From contig CAWEQH010000005.1 of assembly GCA_963811165.1 (NCBI GenBank), positions 1-19,549 of the forward strand: 19,549 bases of DNA. The letters are read 5' to 3'. Source of the DNA: an uncultured Nitrospiraceae bacterium. Lineage in GTDB: Bacteria > Nitrospirota > Thermodesulfovibrionia > Thermodesulfovibrionales > UBA6898. The position numbers were made by a program, and so were the translations under genes. Position 1 is the stretch's first letter; each line of letters begins with the position of its first letter. Under the pieces are notes generated by a model. It ran no database searches. It saw only the letters and a program-made list of their open reading frames with translations, and was not told the DNA's origin. This document shows positions 9,025-17,307 of the stretch, in pieces.

Positions 9025-9130
9025 AATCTTTCCAACAGCGGCCTCGTGTGACATCTCGACATTGGGAAGCTTTCCCTCAAGCTCGGGGATTGCATAGATC
9101 CTGCCCTTTTCCTTCAGGAACATGGCCCTT
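9025..9130 (-). pseudogene. Short internal fragment of a SufB/SufD-family Fe-S assembly gene
   Basis: Manual translation of 9123-9025: MFLKEKGRIYAIPELEGKLPNVEMSHEAAVGKI. This matches the SufBD C-terminal motif 'AIPELE...EMSHEAAVGKI'. Similarity stops abruptly on both sides. Confidence 0.75.
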
Positions 9131-9197
9131 ATTCATCAGGGGCCTTGCGAGACGAATCGAGATATTGTCCCTTGCCGCACAGCACAAGGAAAATCCC

Positions 9198-9866
9198 CTA
9201 AAGAAGATCGACAAAGGCCTCAATCCTCGACCTGTCCCCCATCTCCATATCGGTGAACTCGATCCCTGTTTTGTAATGCCTGACACCCTCTGTCTGTATC
9301 TCCTGACAGCAGGCGATCTTCCCCCTGAAATGTATTGGGATGTCGTCGTCAGGGAAGGTGAGTTCCATCGGGAATACGTCTTCCACGGGCAGTCCGTGCT
9401 TTGTCTTTATTAGCATGCCGCCGAGGCTTATCAACTTGACTGAGTATGTCTCCATGCAACGGAGGACCGCCTTTTCATGTGTGCGGATTTTAACCCTGAT
9501 GCCGTTGAGCCTCTCATCCTTTACGTCAACGATTTTCTTTATGAAATCTATGAGGTGTGCCGCCTTTTCCGTCAAGACATCTTTAAATTCAATCCCAGCC
9601 AAATAGATGGGGACAACTTCTTCCTGCGACGCCATTCTGTTTCCCGCCAATACCTCCCACTTAACAATACCCACGACAGGGAGCATATCGTCTTGACCTC
9701 CAAGGTTAAGGGTGTATTCCCGGCCGATGTTGAGCCTCTTTGGTCCGCTGACGGCGACCCCGGTAGGGCTGATATCATGAATGTCGACCTCTGTTGAAAC
9801 CACAGTTGAGGTCCGGAGATCCAGTTCTTCGACGGAGAATCTCGGATATGCTCTCTTTTCCTTCAT
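9198..9866 (-). CDS. Tandem PilZ-domain protein (putative c-di-GMP receptor)
   Basis: N-domain KRAYPR (RxxxR) and DISPTG (DxSxxG), ending YLAGIEF. Second domain ERLNGIR...LISLGG...YKTGIEF. Start at ATG 9866 or GTG 9899. Confidence 0.85.
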   Translation of the reverse strand: MKEKRAYPRFSVEELDLRTSTVVSTEVDIHDISPTGVAVSGPKRLNIGREYTLNLGGQDDMLPVVGIVKWEVLAGNRMASQEEVVPIYLAGIEFKDVLTEKAAHLIDFIKKIVDVKDERLNGIRVKIRTHEKAVLRCMETYSVKLISLGGMLIKTKHGLPVEDVFPMELTFPDDDIPIHFRGKIACCQEIQTEGVRHYKTGIEFTDMEMGDRSRIEAFVDLL

Positions 9867-10042
9867 AGGAGTTACCTGTCTTTCCGACGTCAGGGACACT
9901 CAGATCACAAGATGCTGATTAACTAGTTATAGGCTATCACATATAGAAAGCGAATAGTATTATTGCTGGCGGAAGAACTGAGAAAACTCTATGTTCAACC
10001 GTAAACAAATGGTTACTCTTGACAGTTTCTCCGATCGCTTTT

Positions 10043-10079
10043 TTTTGCACAGATGCAAAAGGATTTGCGGGAATGCATT
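10043..10079 (+). promoter_or_regulatory. Putative enhancer (bEBP-binding UAS), two tandem sites
   Basis: Perfect palindrome TTTTGCA-CAGA-TGCAAAA (10043-10060) and a degenerate copy TTTGCG-GGAA-TGCATT 20 bp downstream, ~75-100 bp upstream of the predicted sigma54 start site. Confidence 0.55.
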
Positions 10080-10120
10080 GGGATTGGAGTGAGGAATCAT
10101 TTAGAATCGGCGAGTTAGTA

Positions 10121-10137
10121 TTGGCATGGGGAATGCA
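10121..10137 (+). promoter_or_regulatory. Sigma54 (RpoN) -24/-12 promoter
   Basis: TTGGCATGGGGAATGCA: GG(10123-10124)-N10-GC(10135-10136), ~40 nt upstream of the ATG at 10176. Confidence 0.8.
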
Positions 10138-10175
10138 CTATATATTTGCAAGAACATAAGAAGGAGGACGGGAAG

Positions 10176-10496
10176 ATGAAAGACAAAGGATACGCAAAGA
10201 AACTGGCATACATGGGAGCAGGGTGCGGAGTAGTGCTGTTTGGAGTATTTGGGTTGCTTCCCGGGTCATTCCTTGGCGGGGTGATGGGACTTAATATCGC
10301 AGGGAAGCTGCTTGGAGTGCCTTTGGCCTCGGGTATCCTTTCGAGGCTGATAGTTGCGGCATCGATGGTAATAGGGGTGATGGTCTCTGGGATCATGTTC
10401 ATCACTGCCAGTTCGATTGCGGGCTGGCTTATAGGGACGGTGCTGGATGCGATCACGGCAGAGAAGAAAGAAATGGCTGAAGTAGGGCATAAATAA
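10176..10496 (+). CDS. Small Gly-rich membrane protein of unknown function (106 aa)
   Basis: RBS AAGGAGG at 10161-10167. Hydrophobic segments with GxxxG repeats. Paralogous to the next gene. Confidence 0.85.
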   Translation: MKDKGYAKKLAYMGAGCGVVLFGVFGLLPGSFLGGVMGLNIAGKLLGVPLASGILSRLIVAASMVIGVMVSGIMFITASSIAGWLIGTVLDAITAEKKEMAEVGHK

Positions 10497-10528
10497 TATA
10501 CCAAATAAAAATCAAAGGAGGAAGTGTC

Positions 10529-10864
10529 ATGAAAGAGGAAAGAAAAAGGACGATGAAGGTAGGGACGAAGATCGGTGCGGCGTTGGGTGCGATAGTATTT
10601 CTGGTATTTGGGATAGTGCCGGGGTTTTATTTCGGCAGTTACGGGGCGCTGGTATTGATGAGCAGGCTTGCAGGCGGACCGGTAGAGCCCACGACAATCG
10701 TAAGAATGATCACCGTGGTGGGCGTTGCCCTGGGTATCTTCTGCGGCGCAGCCGCCAGCATCGTGCTGGGTTCGGTATTCGGCACAGCCCTCGCCTGGAT
10801 AGTCGATGTGATCGGCAGCCTCGGAAAGGTAAAAGAAACCGAGGAAGTGAAGGCACACAATTAG
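10529..10864 (+). CDS. Small Gly-rich membrane protein of unknown function (111 aa)
   Basis: RBS AAGGAGG just upstream. GAALGAIVFLVFGIVPGFYFGS aligns with GAGCGVVLFGVFGLLPGSFLGG of the previous gene. Confidence 0.85.
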   Translation: MKEERKRTMKVGTKIGAALGAIVFLVFGIVPGFYFGSYGALVLMSRLAGGPVEPTTIVRMITVVGVALGIFCGAAASIVLGSVFGTALAWIVDVIGSLGKVKETEEVKAHN

Positions 10865-10890
10865 TGGAAGTTTCCCGACCGACCGTGTAT

Positions 10891-10924
10891 AAGGCCCTTC
10901 CGGCAACGTGAAGGGCCTTCTTAT
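10891..10924 (+). terminator. Intrinsic terminator-like hairpin between convergent units
   Basis: 10-bp stem AAGGCCCTTC (10891-10900) / GAAGGGCCTT (10910-10919), with a short T-rich tail. Confidence 0.65.
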
Positions 10925-11071
10925 GAATAATCCAATGGACGGGGACCGAAGCACTCCATTATTTCTTTTCTCGTGATCTTTGCGTTATACCCATACCGGA
11001 GTACATCAACGTCTGTCAGAAGATTGCCGACCTCGGCTGCCAAGAGGAGTAGCGGCCGATAAGAGAGGGGC

Positions 11072-11575
11072 CTAAATATATCTGCAGAGTCTCGGTTCCG
11101 CACCCAGCCTGTAAAGGAGATTGGCCATGATGCAAAATCCGGTGAAGGAAAATACGATCGTTGCGCTCCCGACAAAGCCCGTAAAGAATAGCCAGTTAGA
11201 ATTGTAAAACCTGGCAAGCATTGAACTAATGGAAAGGTTGACCCCCACGAACAAGTAGATATACCTTTCGAGGAACCATCTGTCGGTCTGCATGAAGTAT
11301 AAAGACTTGCGCCACCTCCCGCTGAAATTCGCCTTCATCGGTATCATCGGCTTAGCGCCAAACAGACAAAGAATGTTGCCGACTATGCAGAATCCGGTCA
11401 GTGCTACCGTTATGGAACAGAGCCCCACAAAGAGGATCGAATACGCCCAGTTAGGGTTGTGGATGGAGGCGAGGACGGAACTTGCCAGGACATCGGTCCC
11501 CGCAACCATCCATACGAGCCTCTCCACATACCATGTGTAGGTCTTAACGAGATACACCCCTTTCCGTTTGCCCAT
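11072..11575 (-). CDS. Membrane protein with two tandem DUF2892 (YgaP-like) domains
   Basis: Internal repeat: WYVER...AG...FVG...LTGFCIVGNIL..FGAKP and WFLER...VG...FVG...FTGFCIMANLL..LGAEP. Confidence 0.75.
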   Translation of the reverse strand: MGKRKGVYLVKTYTWYVERLVWMVAGTDVLASSVLASIHNPNWAYSILFVGLCSITVALTGFCIVGNILCLFGAKPMIPMKANFSGRWRKSLYFMQTDRWFLERYIYLFVGVNLSISSMLARFYNSNWLFFTGFVGSATIVFSFTGFCIMANLLYRLGAEPRLCRYI

Positions 11576-11655
11576 GAGCTTCTTTCCCCTGATATCAAAA
11601 AAGGTCTATAACACGTCCCATATACTCGGCATTGTTTCTCACTCGGGGTACTTTT

Positions 11656-12294
11656 TCAAAACTTTTCCCGCAGTCCTGACGGTCTCCTGTCTTTGAAGTG
11701 CTTGAGCCTGCAGTAAGCCTCTCTCTCCCTCTCTCCGATATGCTGTGAAATCGCCTTTATCTGTGCTCTCAATCCCGGCAATACCCTTTCTTCAAGGACT
11801 CTCATCCTCCTCGTCGTCTTCAGTATTTCGTCACCAAGTCTTTTTAATTTTGCTTCGAAGACTGCCATGTCAAGCATAGATTCGAGGATCTTTTCGAACT
11901 GGAGCGTGCATTCTTCAAGATACGGAGTTGTCGATAGATAGTCATACCCCCTCTCATCAGGGTCTCGCACGGGGCGATCATGGCTGGTGACTTCCTTATA
12001 CTTCAGTCCCCATATGCTTTTCTCTATTATGTCGATCCCAAAATTCCTGGATGTTGCGAAAGTAATGGATTCGATCGTCTCTCTTCCTTCGTGTCCCATA
12101 CTTAAGGCAAGTTTTGCAAGAGCCTTGCCGTATCGTTCCCTGATTTCGTCCCTTGACCTGAGGAACGGCCTTGTGGCAGCCAGGAATTCCCGTGTCAATG
12201 CCTGCTTCCGGGCCTTCAGTATTCGTATGCTGTTGAAGACAGAAAGCGTCCTTTCCCTTATGAGGAGGAGGTTTGTCCTTGTGGGATGTATCAT
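11656..12294 (-). CDS. atpD: V/A-type ATPase subunit D
   Basis: PTRTNLL, ILKARKQAL, EILKTTRRMRVLEERVLP, EREREAYCRLK; last gene of the operon. Confidence 0.93.
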   Translation of the reverse strand: MIHPTRTNLLLIRERTLSVFNSIRILKARKQALTREFLAATRPFLRSRDEIRERYGKALAKLALSMGHEGRETIESITFATSRNFGIDIIEKSIWGLKYKEVTSHDRPVRDPDERGYDYLSTTPYLEECTLQFEKILESMLDMAVFEAKLKRLGDEILKTTRRMRVLEERVLPGLRAQIKAISQHIGEREREAYCRLKHFKDRRPSGLREKF

Positions 12295-13619
12295 ATGATC
12301 GCCAGCGAGAATTTCTTCATGAGGCGGATGCCTGTGTCGAGAGTCTCTTCGATCGTTCTCCGGCCTCCGCCCTGATTTACAAACTCCTTCTCGAAGGAGT
12401 CCGCGAAATCGAGCATCTTCCTGTCTTTCTCCGTCATGCCGTCCCTTCCGACTATCGCCTCAAGTCTTCTCATGTCCCTTCCGCTTGAATAATATTTATA
12501 GAGGTTGTCTGCGATCTTCCTGTGGTCTTCTCTTGTACGGCCTTTGCCTATGCCTTTCTGCATCAGCCTTGAAAGACTGGGGAGAACATCGACGGGAGGG
12601 AATATATTCAGGCGGTGAAGTTCCCTGCTCAGGACTATTTGTCCTTCGGTGATATATCCGGTAAGGTCGGCAACCGGATGGGTGATGTCATCTTCGGGCA
12701 TGGTCACGACCGGCAGCATGGTCACAGAACCTTCGATATTCTTTACCCGTCCAGCCCTTTCATAAAGTGAGGCAAGGTCAGAGTACATGTAGCCTGGATA
12801 TCCCCTTCTTCCGGGCAGTTCCTCTCTTGCCGTGGATATCTCCCTGAGGGCATCGCAGTAATTCGTCATGTCTGTGATAATCACCAGCACGTCCATCCCT
12901 TTGTCAAAGGCGAGATGTTCTGCGACCGTCAACGCGAACCGCGGCGCAAGGAGCCTCTCCATAACCGGCTCCCCGGCACCGTTTATAAATGCGACAAAGC
13001 CTGTCTTGACATCCTCGAGCACTCCCATGTAATAGGAGTATTCGTAGAATGTAAGACCAAGCGCTGCGAATACGACAACAAACCTGCCTCCTTTCGCAGA
13101 GAGCCGTGAATGCCTCAGCACACCCGCGACTAGTTCCTTTGACGGAAGTCCGGCGCAGGAGAATACAGGGAGCTTCTGCCCCTTTACAAGCGTGTTCAGG
13201 CCGTCTATCACCGAAAAGCCGGTCGCTATGAATTCCTCAGGCCTTGCGCGGGCCGACGGGTTCATGGGCATGCCGGAGATTGGCGCCCATTTCTCAGGGA
13301 TGAACATCGGCAAGCCGTCAACAGGACTGAAGGAGCCATTAAAGATCCTTCCTATGATGTCCGCAGAAAGGGGGGCCTTCCTCACGGAGTCGGTAAACGC
13401 AACGGATGTTTTCCCCGTGTCGAGGCCTCTTGTCTCTCCAAAGACCTCGATCAGTACAGTATCACCATCTATCTCCAGCACCTCTGCGTCCATCTTTCCC
13501 CCGTCCGGGGATATTACCCTGACGACTTCTCCTATCCGGGCACTGAAGACCTTCTTTACAAAAATGAGAGGGCCCGCTATAGCAGATATGGTGCGGTAAG
13601 TGTGTTCTGAAAGTCTCAT
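12291..13619 (-). CDS. atpB: V/A-type ATPase subunit B
   Basis: YRTISAIAGPL, GQKLPVFS, TDMTNYCDALREIS, PGRRGYPGYMYSDLASLYERAG, DLTGYITEGQI, LPSLSRLM. Confidence 0.97.
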   Translation of the reverse strand: MRLSEHTYRTISAIAGPLIFVKKVFSARIGEVVRVISPDGGKMDAEVLEIDGDTVLIEVFGETRGLDTGKTSVAFTDSVRKAPLSADIIGRIFNGSFSPVDGLPMFIPEKWAPISGMPMNPSARARPEEFIATGFSVIDGLNTLVKGQKLPVFSCAGLPSKELVAGVLRHSRLSAKGGRFVVVFAALGLTFYEYSYYMGVLEDVKTGFVAFINGAGEPVMERLLAPRFALTVAEHLAFDKGMDVLVIITDMTNYCDALREISTAREELPGRRGYPGYMYSDLASLYERAGRVKNIEGSVTMLPVVTMPEDDITHPVADLTGYITEGQIVLSRELHRLNIFPPVDVLPSLSRLMQKGIGKGRTREDHRKIADNLYKYYSSGRDMRRLEAIVGRDGMTEKDRKMLDFADSFEKEFVNQGGGRRTIEETLDTGIRLMKKFSLAII

Positions 13620-15245
13620 GCCTTGTCTTCCGTCTTAGACGCCTCTTCGAGAGAAACACCCTCCGAAATTTTATTGAGCGCGTAGTCATAGTATTCGAAT
13701 ATGTTTTTGATTAGAGCGCAGGTGTTGGCAGGAGGAGAAAATGCGTCCGCGGCATATGCGTTTTGCGATAAGAACTCCATCCGTATTTTTTCCGCCACAA
13801 GCATGAGGAGCCTGTCGGAGTCCTGCAGGCCTTCGGCGCCTACAATCTCGGCCACTTCCCTTAACGTCGCCTCCTTCTGAAGAACCTCCCTGCAGCGCAC
13901 CTGCAGACTTCTCCCATTCAGGAGAGACCATCTCCCCGTAATGACTTCCCATTTCAGAGGAGTAGAGTGAATAACTCTGGAACCAGTTTATGGCGGGGAA
14001 ATGCCTGCGGTGGGCCAGGGACGTATCCAGCATAAGGAAGGCGCCGGTCGTCCTAAGGCACGCCTGAGTGACCGGCTCCGTAAAGTCGCCTCCCGGAGGA
14101 GACACGGAGAGGACCATGGTAAGGGACCCAATCTTCCCGCCTAGTGTCTCCACGACGCCCGCTCTTTCTAAAAAACCCGAAAGCCTTGACGTAAGATATG
14201 TCGGGTACCCCTCTTCTCCGGGCATCTCCTCAAGCGATGACGATATCTCCCTCAGGGCCTCGGCCCATCTGGAAAGGCTGTCGGCAAGAAAGAGCACATG
14301 ATATCCCATGTCCCTGTAATACTCTGCCATGGTGACCGCGGTATATATGGAGGCCTCTCTTGCCACAACAGGCATATTGGAGGTATTAACCACAAGTATC
14401 GTCCTTTCCATGAGACGTCTACCCGTCCATGGGTCCGAAAGCTCCGCGAACTCCTCGATCATCTCTGCCATCTCGTTGCCGCGCTCCCCGCATCCGACAT
14501 AGACGACGATATCAACGTCAGCGAACTTGGCCAGTGACTGCTCCAGGACCGTCTTGCCTGTGCCGAACCCTCCCGGGAAGACTGCGGTCCCTCCCTTTGC
14601 GACGGGGAAGAGAAAATCTATGCTCCTCTGGCCGGTCACAAGAGGCACTGTCGGGGAGAATTTTTTCCGGTACGGCCTGGGACTCCTTACCGGCCATTCA
14701 TGCCATCCGTAAAACATTCTGCCGTCTTCATATTCACCGAGCGGCGCATCAAGGCTGAACCCTCCTGAGATGATCCTCGATATCCGCCCCGTGTCGGCGG
14801 GACCGCAGGAAATATAGTGTCTGAAGGCCCCCTCTTCCACCGTCCCAAGGATGTCCCCCAGGGCGGTCTCGTCTCCGGTTCTTGCCTGCTGAGAAAAGTC
14901 CCACCTCTTTTCAAAATTCAGGCCATATATCTCCTTACCCCCGGTAATGAAAGGACCCATCTCCTCTTGTAACTTCCTAAGCGGCCTCTGGAGGCCATCG
15001 AACATCTCAGAAAGAAGGCCGGGCCCGAGCTTTACGGTGAGCGGGAGACCCATGCCCTTAACAGGCTCGCCGACCGCCAGGCCACTGGTGTTTTCGTATA
15101 CCTGGACGACGGCACCGTCATGTTGCAGTCTCACAACCTCTCCGGTGAGCATAGAATGTCCGACATAGACGCGCTCATAGAGCTTCAGTCCAGTGAGGTC
15201 AACGCTCACGGTGGGCCCGGAAATGCCGCGTATCCTGCCGGTCAT
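13616..15245 (-). CDS. atpA: V/A-type ATPase catalytic subunit A; one +1 frameshift near 13907-13910 (~542 aa when corrected)
   Basis: Walker A GGFGTGKT, YVGCGERGNEM, AREASIYT, EEMPGEEGYP, SPPGGDFTEPVTQ, HFPAINW. The C-terminus continues in ORF 13616..13900 (EVLQKEATLREVAEIVG). Confidence 0.96.
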
Positions 15246-15562
15246 AACTGCAGCCTCACATGGTAGCCTATCGCCCTTCTTATGAGGCGTGACGCGTAGT
15301 CTTCCACTTCTGTCGCCGGTCTTATCGGCGAAGGAAGCACAAGCAGGATTCCGCTCCAGTGTTTCTCCATGTCCCTCATTTTCTCCGCGCTCATCCCCCT
15401 TATTGTCCTTTCGTCAATGATGATGAGTCGGATATCGGGCCAGGCCATTATTTTTTGCATGGTCTCCTCTGCGTTTTCAGGTTCGGCGGTATATTGCGGA
15501 ATGCCTGCAAGGCCGAACCCGTATTCTGCGTCCATGGGGGTGATAAATGCGACTTTATTCAA
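15242..15562 (-). CDS. atpF: V/A-type ATPase subunit F
   Basis: KVAFIT...GFGLAGI...IRLIIIDE...LIRRAIGY. Probable TTG start at 15562 overlaps the subunit C stop, with GGAG upstream. Confidence 0.88.
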   Translation of the reverse strand: MNKVAFITPMDAEYGFGLAGIPQYTAEPENAEETMQKIMAWPDIRLIIIDERTIRGMSAEKMRDMEKHWSGILLVLPSPIRPATEVEDYASRLIRRAIGYHVRLQL

Positions 15563-16515
15563 TAGACCAGCTCCATCATGACCATCTCCCTTTCCATGTC
15601 CCGGCCGTAGTAAAGGACACTCAGGTCCATCACTTCCAGAGAACTCCTCCATAGATAATCAAGTACGGGCCCTATGTCCGACGGGTCCCTTCCCGCCCTC
15701 TTCAGGAAAACGGTCATCCTCCTGTAGAGGGCGTTTTCCACGTTCAATTGGCCGGACCCCGGTTTTTTTATCCCTGCCAGTCTGCCGACCTCGGCGATGT
15801 CCTTTCTTTCGATGGTCCTGAGAAACACGGTTTCGCTGATGCTGCCGTAAGGGATGAATGAAGGGGCCGTTTTTGGTCCCAGCCTTAGGCACTTATACAG
15901 AGAGATGATATTGCGCGAATCGATGATGCGTACAAAAAAATTCTTTATGAGCGGATGAAGCCGCCTCCTTACGATCGTCGCCAGATACCTGACGGTCAAT
16001 TCACGCTCAAACCCCTTTATCCCTTCCCTGTCGCAGACAGCTGCAACCCCGGCGAATGAATCGGAGATTGCCAAAAAGCGTTTTTCAATTACCTTGACGG
16101 TTGCCGGGACGTCCCGGCCTTCCCTGAGGACACTTCGTATATCTTCCGACAGGAGACTTGTCAGCAGGGTATCCCCGGTCTTCTCCACCTTCCCCCCATG
16201 GATGTTCCTGAGGCAGATGAAGATCGTCCTGAGTTCGCTATAGATGAAAAATGGCCTGAAAATCTCCCGCAGTTCGCTGTTCATTCTGATGTAGACCCAT
16301 CGGTATTCTCTTGCAAGGTCCCTCCAAACCCCCTCAGGCGAGCGTTCAGTCACAAAGCCCCTGTATCGGGAAGAGACAAGATATTCAAAGGGGGCCGCGC
16401 TAAAGACAAGAGCCGGCCAATCGGATATGAGTCCCGCACGCTTCCCTCTTATCCTGGAAACCAGATATTCCCCGGGATATCCTCTGTCTTCAAACGGCTC
16501 CAGTAGTTTTTTCAT
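15559..16515 (-). CDS. atpC: V/A-type ATPase subunit C (d-like), divergent
   Basis: 318 aa. N-terminal YLVSRIRGKRAGL, RIIDSRNI, and C-terminal IGPVLDYLWR. Positioned between E and F. Confidence 0.78.
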   Translation of the reverse strand: MKKLLEPFEDRGYPGEYLVSRIRGKRAGLISDWPALVFSAAPFEYLVSSRYRGFVTERSPEGVWRDLAREYRWVYIRMNSELREIFRPFFIYSELRTIFICLRNIHGGKVEKTGDTLLTSLLSEDIRSVLREGRDVPATVKVIEKRFLAISDSFAGVAAVCDREGIKGFERELTVRYLATIVRRRLHPLIKNFFVRIIDSRNIISLYKCLRLGPKTAPSFIPYGSISETVFLRTIERKDIAEVGRLAGIKKPGSGQLNVENALYRRMTVFLKRAGRDPSDIGPVLDYLWRSSLEVMDLSVLYYGRDMEREMVMMELVY

Positions 16516-17074
16516 CCAGAACCTTCCGGTATATGTCGTCCATCAGCGCAGGGAGCATCTGCTGCCATGCCCCTTGAAGTCTTTTTTCAAAGGTATTGGA
16601 GACCCTCACCCTGCCTTCCTCTGCCTCCGCTTCCATGCCCCCGGTGATGTCCGTGTCAGCTACTATAGTTGCATTGGGGAAGCGCTTCCTTGCCAGATCA
16701 GAATCGTCCGGGTTCACTTTGACTGTATGCCACGCTGCATGAGGGAGTTCAAGGGCGAGTTTACTGAAAATATTCTCATATCCCTTCTCCCGCAGAAGGC
16801 GCAGGGAAGAGACCGAAAGAGAATAAAGACGGGCAGAGAGCCTGTCATCAGAGATGAGTCTGATCTTCTTTGCCCTCCTGTCAGCCTCCAGGAGCAGCCT
16901 TACCCGTTCTTCTTCTGAAAAATGGCCCGCGATATCTTCAAGGCGGAGGACCTCAAGTCTGAGAGCGACCCCCGCCCTTATTCCTCCGGCTTCTTCCTCC
17001 GTCTCCTTCCAGAGCTTGCGGACCTTTTCCTCTGCCTCTTTTCTGAGGGACCTTATAAGTTCCTCGCATCCCAT
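16490..17074 (-). CDS. atpE: V/A-type ATPase subunit E
   Basis: Charged helical N-terminus and C-terminal ITGGMEAEAEEGRVRVSNTFEKRL; positioned after K. Confidence 0.88.
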   Translation of the reverse strand: MGCEELIRSLRKEAEEKVRKLWKETEEEAGGIRAGVALRLEVLRLEDIAGHFSEEERVRLLLEADRRAKKIRLISDDRLSARLYSLSVSSLRLLREKGYENIFSKLALELPHAAWHTVKVNPDDSDLARKRFPNATIVADTDITGGMEAEAEEGRVRVSNTFEKRLQGAWQQMLPALMDDIYRKVLDEKTTGAV

Positions 17075-17075
17075 C

Positions 17076-17294
17076 TTATTTCACGGTGAAGAGTATCATG
17101 GCAGCAACTACGAACCCGAGGATCACCATCGTCTCCGGAATGGCGACGAGTATGACTATCGTACCACTCAGCTCAGGCTTTTCTGCAAGTGTTCCCGCGC
17201 CGGCGGCCCCGATTTTTGATTGGGCCCAAGCTGTCGCTATCGCGGTAAGGCCTATCGAGAGTGCCGCTGCAAATGCGATCGGTATTCTTTCCAT
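17076..17294 (-). CDS. atpK: V/A-type ATPase proteolipid subunit K (c), single hairpin
   Basis: 72 aa, two TM helices, AWAQSKIGAAGAG and the ion-binding VAIPETMVILG. Confidence 0.95.
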   Translation of the reverse strand: MERIPIAFAAALSIGLTAIATAWAQSKIGAAGAGTLAEKPELSGTIVILVAIPETMVILGFVVAAMILFTVK

Positions 17295-17307
17295 CTCTCT
17301 CTCCTTT

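Noticed and set aside
10115..10954. 279-aa minus-strand ORF
   Set aside because: Antisense shadow of two + strand genes that have a clear promoter, RBSs and terminator.
15563..15652. N-terminal extension of subunit F in the ORF track
   Set aside because: It overlaps subunit C. A TTG at 15562 with RBS gives a normal-size F.
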